NCBI GenBank assembly: GCA_030603385.1
Contig: JAUVXW010000009.1
Coordinates: 32,001-96,000, forward strand
Reading direction: 5' to 3'
DNA: 64,000 bases
Source of the DNA: Promethearchaeota archaeon
Lineage (GTDB): Archaea > Asgardarchaeota > Lokiarchaeia > Sigyniarchaeales > SOKP01
The notes beneath the pieces were generated by a model. The model had not been told where the DNA came from and searched no databases. It saw only the letters and a program-made list of their open reading frames with translations. Shown here in pieces: positions 58,655-64,000 of the stretch (its first letter is position 1; the number at the start of each line of letters is the position of its first letter). A program made the position numbers and the translations under genes.

Positions 58655-59155
58655 TTAATTCACCATATCTTTATTTATTTTATATGTTTTCTGAGAATAT
58701 CTTTCAAGCATACCTTTTTCTATGTAATACCTGATTATACTAGCAAAATCTCTTTTAATATTACCATCCTCGGTTATAGGTGGATGCACCTTATCCTTAT
58801 ATATCCCTATTATTATGTTCTTAGAAAAGTAGGTGTGTTCATTCAAGAAATTTAAAAAAAACTCATGAATATGATTATTCGAATCAAAATTTAATTTTAT
58901 TTCTTTGTGACGCCATTTATGTGAAGTTAATCCATGTTTACTATCAAATTCTCTATTACAAATATTACAACGATTATTCGGATTTGAATTTATTTTTTGA
59001 CCTTTATATGTTATTATTATATTTCTTTCTTGTGATAGCCAATTTATAAACGCAGTTGTAAATTTATTAGATCGAAATGGAGGGCTACGTGGAGTTTCTT
59101 TTCTGAAATCTGAAATTAAATTTGAATGCACTTGCTTAAATCTATTTATATCCAT
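58655..59155 (-). CDS. ETGK-like module + C2H2 zinc finger + winged-helix-like protein
   Basis: FRKETPRS...NKFTTAFINW; CNICNREFDSKHGLTSHKWRH; YIEKGMLERYSQKTYKI. Confidence 0.72.
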   Translation of the reverse strand: MDINRFKQVHSNLISDFRKETPRSPPFRSNKFTTAFINWLSQERNIIITYKGQKINSNPNNRCNICNREFDSKHGLTSHKWRHKEIKLNFDSNNHIHEFFLNFLNEHTYFSKNIIIGIYKDKVHPPITEDGNIKRDFASIIRYYIEKGMLERYSQKTYKINKDMVN

Positions 59156-59334
59156 TAATATTTATAAAATTTCTAATTATTATAAATTATTTGTGTTTTA
59201 ACACGATTTTAACAATCAAACCATATAAAAATATTATGATGAAAAATTAATAATAAAAACATAATATTTAAATAATAGAAAAATAATATTAAATTAATTA
59301 AAAAAATAATAAAAACATAATAAAGGTTAAAAAA

Positions 59335-59580
59335 ATGGTCTATAAATTAATAAGTGAATGGAAAAGTAAGGATGGAAAATCTCACGAGATTACAGTTTAT
59401 AAGTATAATGTAAGCCAAGACAATGTAATAAGATATAACTATGAATCGAAAAATGATTATGTAGATATAAAGGTTCAATGGTTTGGTAATCCTACTATGA
59501 CTGAATATGTTTATGTTCAATATAATAAACAAAAATTAACTGAAAATGAAAGAGCCTTAGTTCAAATCGGGAGGGATTAA
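59335..59580 (+). CDS. Hypothetical protein, first gene of a divergent operon
   Basis: ORF downstream of an AT-rich divergent intergenic region. Confidence 0.65.
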   Translation: MVYKLISEWKSKDGKSHEITVYKYNVSQDNVIRYNYESKNDYVDIKVQWFGNPTMTEYVYVQYNKQKLTENERALVQIGRD

Positions 59581-59582
59581 AA

Positions 59583-59936
59583 ATGCCAAAAGTAAATTAT
59601 GAAAAACAACCTTTTAGATTATGTAGATGGAATTCTATTGATTATAAAAGGAAAGGAAGAGAAGATATGTATTGGTGTTCTGATGCAGAAGAGTATGTTG
59701 AAGAAGATAGATGTATGAAATGTTTCTGTAATAATTGGTTTAATATTTGTTCAACCTGTAAAAAACAAATTCTTAAAACAGAGCTTATATATGTTTTCTT
59801 GCCAGAATTCAAACTTGGTTATATCTGTAATGATTGTTATGATGGTGAAGAGAAAGTTCAGAAAAAACCTTCAAAAACAGAAAGATATATAATTTTTGAT
59901 ATAAAAAAATGGATAAAATTAAATAAAGAGGAATAA
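59583..59936 (+). CDS. Cys-rich zinc-binding protein
   Basis: CMKC, CSTC, CNDC. Confidence 0.7.
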   Translation: MPKVNYEKQPFRLCRWNSIDYKRKGREDMYWCSDAEEYVEEDRCMKCFCNNWFNICSTCKKQILKTELIYVFLPEFKLGYICNDCYDGEEKVQKKPSKTERYIIFDIKKWIKLNKEE

Positions 59937-59941
59937 AAAAA

Positions 59942-60304
59942 ATGACAGAAATATCAAAAAGACAAAAGTTGTTAGTATTATTAAAAGATAAAGAATTAAC
60001 AGCAAAAGAAATATCGGAACAATTAGAAATTCCAATAGAATATGTGAGAACCTATATATCTCAATTTCCACAGATAAAAAAAGTCGGTAAAAAAGGTAGA
60101 TATAATTTATATAGATTTGTAGAGGCTAAACCAATAGAAATTGATGATTCTGGAGTTATGTCAAATTTTAAAAGACTTTACGAAATAATGAATATATGGT
60201 TAATTAGTAAAATGACACAAAAACAAATTTCAAATATTCCTGAAAATGTTTTAAAAGAATTAGATAATATGGAGGGAATTCTAAATGTCAAGTCTAACCG
60301 ATAA
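59942..60304 (+). CDS. Winged-helix transcription regulator
   Basis: LLVLLKDKELTAKEISEQLEIPIEYVRTYISQ...GRYNLYRF. Confidence 0.78.
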   Translation: MTEISKRQKLLVLLKDKELTAKEISEQLEIPIEYVRTYISQFPQIKKVGKKGRYNLYRFVEAKPIEIDDSGVMSNFKRLYEIMNIWLISKMTQKQISNIPENVLKELDNMEGILNVKSNR

Positions 60305-60563
60305 AATTAGAAAAGCTAAAAAATCAATGGAAATTCGAGAAGAGTTTAAAGATATACCTGGATTAAAAAAGAAACTTAAAGATCTTAAAGAGAATGGCAA
60401 AAAAATAGATGAAGAACTTGGAAAACCTATAAAATCTGACTGGGATAAAATTCACGAGACTTCTGATTATAAGAGATATATTTATCGAGTATTTGAAGGA
60501 AAGACTTTTAGAGGCTCAAATGCTGAATTAGATGAGTGGATCAAAACAAAATTTAATAGATAA
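60285..60563 (+). CDS. Hypothetical protein
   Basis: ORF with SD GGAGG, overlapping the upstream gene. Confidence 0.68.
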   Translation: MSSLTDKIRKAKKSMEIREEFKDIPGLKKKLKDLKENGKKIDEELGKPIKSDWDKIHETSDYKRYIYRVFEGKTFRGSNAELDEWIKTKFNR

Positions 60564-60657
60564 AATATTTTTTTTTCTCTAAATATCGATATTTTTAAGA
60601 GGTTATGGCTTAATTTCAACTTTTTTGAATATTTTTATATATCCAAATAAGAACAAT

Positions 60658-61027
60658 TCAAATTTCGAGATATAACAATAGAGTTTATTGATGTTTGAAA
60701 TAAATTCTAATTAGAAATTTATTTTTTTGATCCAAAATCCTTATTTTGTTCGATCTTAATTATCAAATTTTTCTAAAAAACAGTGTTTTTGGCATTCTTC
60801 CAATGTCTACTCTATTTAGAATACATAATTTTATTATGTTAATTTAAAAGAGTAGACGGTATGTAATCGAATATATGATCCAATATAGATCTTTTGAATA
60901 TGATATCGAATGAAATTAATGAAATTAAGTATAATATTATCTAAATTATCATTTTAATATATTTAGATGTAGTTCTATATCATAATCAAATTTCGAGAAA
61001 TAACAATAGTTTTAATCGATTTTTGAA
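60658..61027. repeat. Direct repeat pair flanking a 53-nt hairpin
   Basis: TCAAATTTCGAGAWATAACAATAG at 60658 and 60986 (23/24 identical); hairpin at 60805-60857. Confidence 0.8.
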
Positions 61028-61306
61028 TTTTCTAATCCAATATTCAAAAAATAAATTTTCCATCGATCCTTTGGAGCAAATATAGGGTTATTTCTAAATT
61101 TAAATGAATTTTCTAATTGAAAATTTATTTTATTGTAAATATATTTGATGATTTTTAATTTTCTGTTTGTAAATCAACTCAAAATGCACATGAACACAAT
61201 AAATTTATATATGAACATTGTAATCTATTTATTAATTAAAAATTTATTTAAAATGATTAAGAATATTTATCGAGAATCGATTGTAAATAAGGAGGTATAG
61301 AGTAAA

Positions 61307-61579
61307 ATGGAAGAAATAGATTATACATTGGTGGCAGAAGTTTCTAAAGCTTTTGCTGGAATAATTAATAAGAAAGTTATGGTTTCAAAAACATCTGAAG
61401 CTATAAAATATCTAAGAACCATCAAACAAGCAATTGTAAAAGGATGTAAAAGATCTGATTTCTTTTCTACATTTGGGCAAATTCTAAATTTAGTCCAATC
61501 TACAGTAGAAACGTGGTTAGATTGTTTACAACCAAGATATGTTGGGACATATAAGGGAACATGGAGTCCTTATAATTAA
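61307..61579 (+). CDS. Hypothetical protein
   Basis: Strong SD AAGGAGGT. Confidence 0.7.
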   Translation: MEEIDYTLVAEVSKAFAGIINKKVMVSKTSEAIKYLRTIKQAIVKGCKRSDFFSTFGQILNLVQSTVETWLDCLQPRYVGTYKGTWSPYN

Positions 61580-61637
61580 TTTCAAATTTAAAGAAAATGA
61601 ATATTTTATCAAAAATTAAAATAGGAGGTATAGTAAA

Positions 61638-62174
61638 ATGACAAAAAAAGCAAAAGCAAAACAGGTAGTAGTAGAAAAGAAAGAGCAAATGATTGTAGAC
61701 GATTTATCAATTGGAGATATAGTACCTGATTTACATGGTGTAGATGTAGAAATCACAGATGACTTAATTTCGGATATGAAAACTTTTGAATCTGAAGGAA
61801 AAACAAAAGCAATTTGGCGAAATAAAATCACTGGAATGTTTTTATTTTGGAGAATGAATAAAGACAAGCCAAAGAAAGAGAAAAAGGTGAAGAAAGCTAA
61901 GCCAAAAGTCGTTGAAGAAGAAATCGAAGAAGAACTTGAAGACATTGAAGTTGAATATGATGACGAAGAAGAAATCGATGAGATGGAAGAAATAGAAGAA
62001 GCAGTAGACGAAGTTAACAAATTAGATGAAGCAATAGAAATAGAAGCAGAAGAAGAAATAGACGAATTAGAACTTATCGATGAAGCATATAAAGAGAAAT
62101 TTAGTGTCCAAAAAGTTAATCGAAACGCAAAGAAATACAAAGCATTTGCTAAGAAGTATAGAGAGTCAGAATAA
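61638..62174 (+). CDS. ETGK-like module protein with a long acidic tract
   Basis: FESEGKTKAIWRNKITGMFLFW followed by a Lys patch and about 55 aa of E/D-rich sequence. Confidence 0.72.
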   Translation: MTKKAKAKQVVVEKKEQMIVDDLSIGDIVPDLHGVDVEITDDLISDMKTFESEGKTKAIWRNKITGMFLFWRMNKDKPKKEKKVKKAKPKVVEEEIEEELEDIEVEYDDEEEIDEMEEIEEAVDEVNKLDEAIEIEAEEEIDELELIDEAYKEKFSVQKVNRNAKKYKAFAKKYRESE

Positions 62175-62329
62175 ATTTTAAATTTTTTTTCTCTATTCAT
62201 GAAATAAATAAAATCTATAATCCAATTATTATTTCTAATGATTCTAATGAACACTACATATATTTAAAACACCAATATATTTAAATTTTAGAAATTTATA
62301 TTAATATTAATAATCAAAATTTAATTTGA

Positions 62330-62572
62330 GTGGTGTATATTAATTATATGAAGGGTTTAGAACATAAGATTCAAATTTTAGATAAATTGATCAATTTTAA
62401 CACGAATTTGATGACGAATTCTAATTGTGACGGTGTTAAAAAATCTTACGAGACATTTATCCAATTATTGTTAAATCAGAAAATAAAAATCCAACAAACA
62501 ATTGATGATTTTAAATCCAAAAAAGAATTTGAACAAGAAAGTAAAAAATTATTAAAGAACATATCACGGTAA
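62330..62572 (+). CDS. Hypothetical protein
   Basis: 80-aa ORF. Confidence 0.55.
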   Translation: MVYINYMKGLEHKIQILDKLINFNTNLMTNSNCDGVKKSYETFIQLLLNQKIKIQQTIDDFKSKKEFEQESKKLLKNISR

Positions 62573-62614
62573 AGAATTTTAATTCTTTATAAAACAAAAA
62601 AGAAAAGAGGAAAA

Positions 62615-63919
62615 ATGAAAAGATTTAATCATAAATGTGTGCGATATGATCGAAACGATCTTCGCAAATTTTTAAAAGTTTCATTTGCCCTTCTAATATT
62701 ATTTATTGCTTCCATTCCATTGTCCACATTTGTTGATGCTAAAGACAAGGATAAAAAACCTAAAAAACCTAAGGATAAATCTGCGATATTTAATCTATCA
62801 TATCTCAATCCAGATGCACAATTCACATCAATTGATTATTCAGGTATCGAATATTACCTGAATGGTGAACTATTATATGTTACCAATAGTTTAGGACTCA
62901 TTGAAATAGATATTAATAAACTTGGAGAACAAAATTTTACAATGATTTTCGGTGGAGTACGTTATGAATTTATTTTTAACGAATCTATTACAGAATCCAT
63001 TATCCTTAACACAAAATCCATAGATGCATTAGCAATGTGGGATGAAATATTCATGTCTATAGTTAATAGTACAAATGATTTTAACTTAAATCTACTATAC
63101 TTTGATGGTACAAGCTGGGTTACGATTGAGACGTTTACTGCCGTTGAAAGTGGGATGGTTCAATTCAACAATTTAATTATGGGCGAATATGCATTAAGTT
63201 CTGGTATTAAAGATACTTCGATTACATTTACAATTGGACAAGATATGATTAATTACACCGATACCATGATTGTAGTTCCAGACAAAACAGAAATTTCAAT
63301 AACATACTTTGATTCTATATTTGGAACTGACTATCCAGTTGATTTATCTACTATAAACTATATATTAGAAATTTGGTCTAATACCGCAAATGATTACATA
63401 ACTATTCCTGAGAATTACTATGTCGCAGTTAAAGATGATGTTTTAGGTATGATAGTAATCTATGAATTGCTTCAATCTGGTAATGAATATAGAATTTGTA
63501 TTGGCAATGCTTGGAATGAAAATTATGAGTTTAATGAAGATGTATTAACGGAAATTGGATTAACAGCCAAATCATTAGTAGCTGAATTCTTATGGAGTTT
63601 CGAATCAGAACCAGTTAATGGAACGAACTTTGAATTATTCTATTATGACGGTACTGACTATATTTCTGCTGGTATATACACAACTGATATAAATGGTAAA
63701 ATTATCATAACAGAATTATTACCAATGGGAACCTATAAATTCGATGATTACGCAACTTTTGATATTGTAGCTGATGATGTCGTAAAGACAGTGGGTTACA
63801 CTGTTGAATCCATATTAGGAGGTTTTAGAACACCTGCTTGGATTTCATTTGGAAGCGTGAAGTCTAAGCTTTTTTCTTTTTTAACAATTAAAATAAATTT
63901 ATATTATGAAGGTGAATGA
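62615..63919 (+). CDS. Secreted/surface protein with repeated beta-sandwich (SpaA/prealbumin-like) units
   Basis: Signal/TM segment; repeats LxxKSxxAxxxW...FxLxYxDGTxxxxxxxxTxxxxGxxxxxxLxxGxY. Confidence 0.65.
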   Translation: MKRFNHKCVRYDRNDLRKFLKVSFALLILFIASIPLSTFVDAKDKDKKPKKPKDKSAIFNLSYLNPDAQFTSIDYSGIEYYLNGELLYVTNSLGLIEIDINKLGEQNFTMIFGGVRYEFIFNESITESIILNTKSIDALAMWDEIFMSIVNSTNDFNLNLLYFDGTSWVTIETFTAVESGMVQFNNLIMGEYALSSGIKDTSITFTIGQDMINYTDTMIVVPDKTEISITYFDSIFGTDYPVDLSTINYILEIWSNTANDYITIPENYYVAVKDDVLGMIVIYELLQSGNEYRICIGNAWNENYEFNEDVLTEIGLTAKSLVAEFLWSFESEPVNGTNFELFYYDGTDYISAGIYTTDINGKIIITELLPMGTYKFDDYATFDIVADDVVKTVGYTVESILGGFRTPAWISFGSVKSKLFSFLTIKINLYYEGE

Positions 63920-64000
63920 TAATAGAAAAAATGACTATGCAATTTATTAGTAGCATATCGAGAGAAAATCAAATTTTTAAGGGCAGATCATATAAAATTG

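Larger units (their letters stand above)
40200..64000. mobile_element. Integrated mobile element (provirus or integrative plasmid); left border approximate, right border probably beyond the window
   Basis: Terminal tyrosine integrase, dense short co-oriented ORFs with strong GGAGGTGA ribosome-binding sites, methyltransferase, ParB, TOPRIM protein, SF3 helicase, HNH and GIY-YIG nucleases; no housekeeping genes. Confidence 0.88.

Noticed and set aside
61616-62254. Ser-rich minus-strand ORF and other antisense ORFs (e.g. 4506-4937, 20247-20648, 30375-30776, 58190-58855)
   Set aside because: These are shadows of well-supported genes on the opposite strand
1-64000. CRISPR array, rRNA or tRNA genes
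   Set aside because: No regularly spaced repeat-spacer units and no GC-rich structural RNA gene were seen

Overview
AT-rich archaeal chromosomal window, most likely from an Asgard archaeon of the Lokiarchaeia type. This is an inference from the longin/roadblock/small-GTPase proteins, ribosomal protein L13e and the Sec-containing Vhu hydrogenase. Positions 1-39.8 kb are host genes. They include a longin-Rag-like GTPase-roadblock fusion, further longin proteins, L13e-HhH, a Trm9-like methyltransferase, Ogg, ADP-forming acetyl-CoA synthetase, an ABC exporter, cyclophilin, endonuclease V, CooC and HypC. A vhuG-vhuA-vhuU(Sec)-hdrC-hdrB cluster follows; its 49-aa selenoprotein gene is missing from the ORF track. 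From about 40 kb to the window end lies an integrated mobile element. It carries a tyrosine integrase, GIY-YIG and HNH nucleases, a DNA methyltransferase, ParB, a Spo11/TopoVI-A-like protein and an SF3 helicase. Most notable observations: (1) the single-chain GTPase carries an FLCN/SMCR8-like 'ARG' arginine-finger motif fused to a Rag-like GTPase; (2) an unnamed ~30-aa 'ETGK...FxxW' module recurs in seven proteins of the element; (3) short genes are separated by a conserved ~35-40 bp junction repeat, forming a cassette-like array; (4) a decayed relative of the element at 22.4-23.2 kb reveals a conserved promoter+hairpin (candidate small RNA) and an HNH insertion. All family assignments are from motif recognition by eye; no searches were run.
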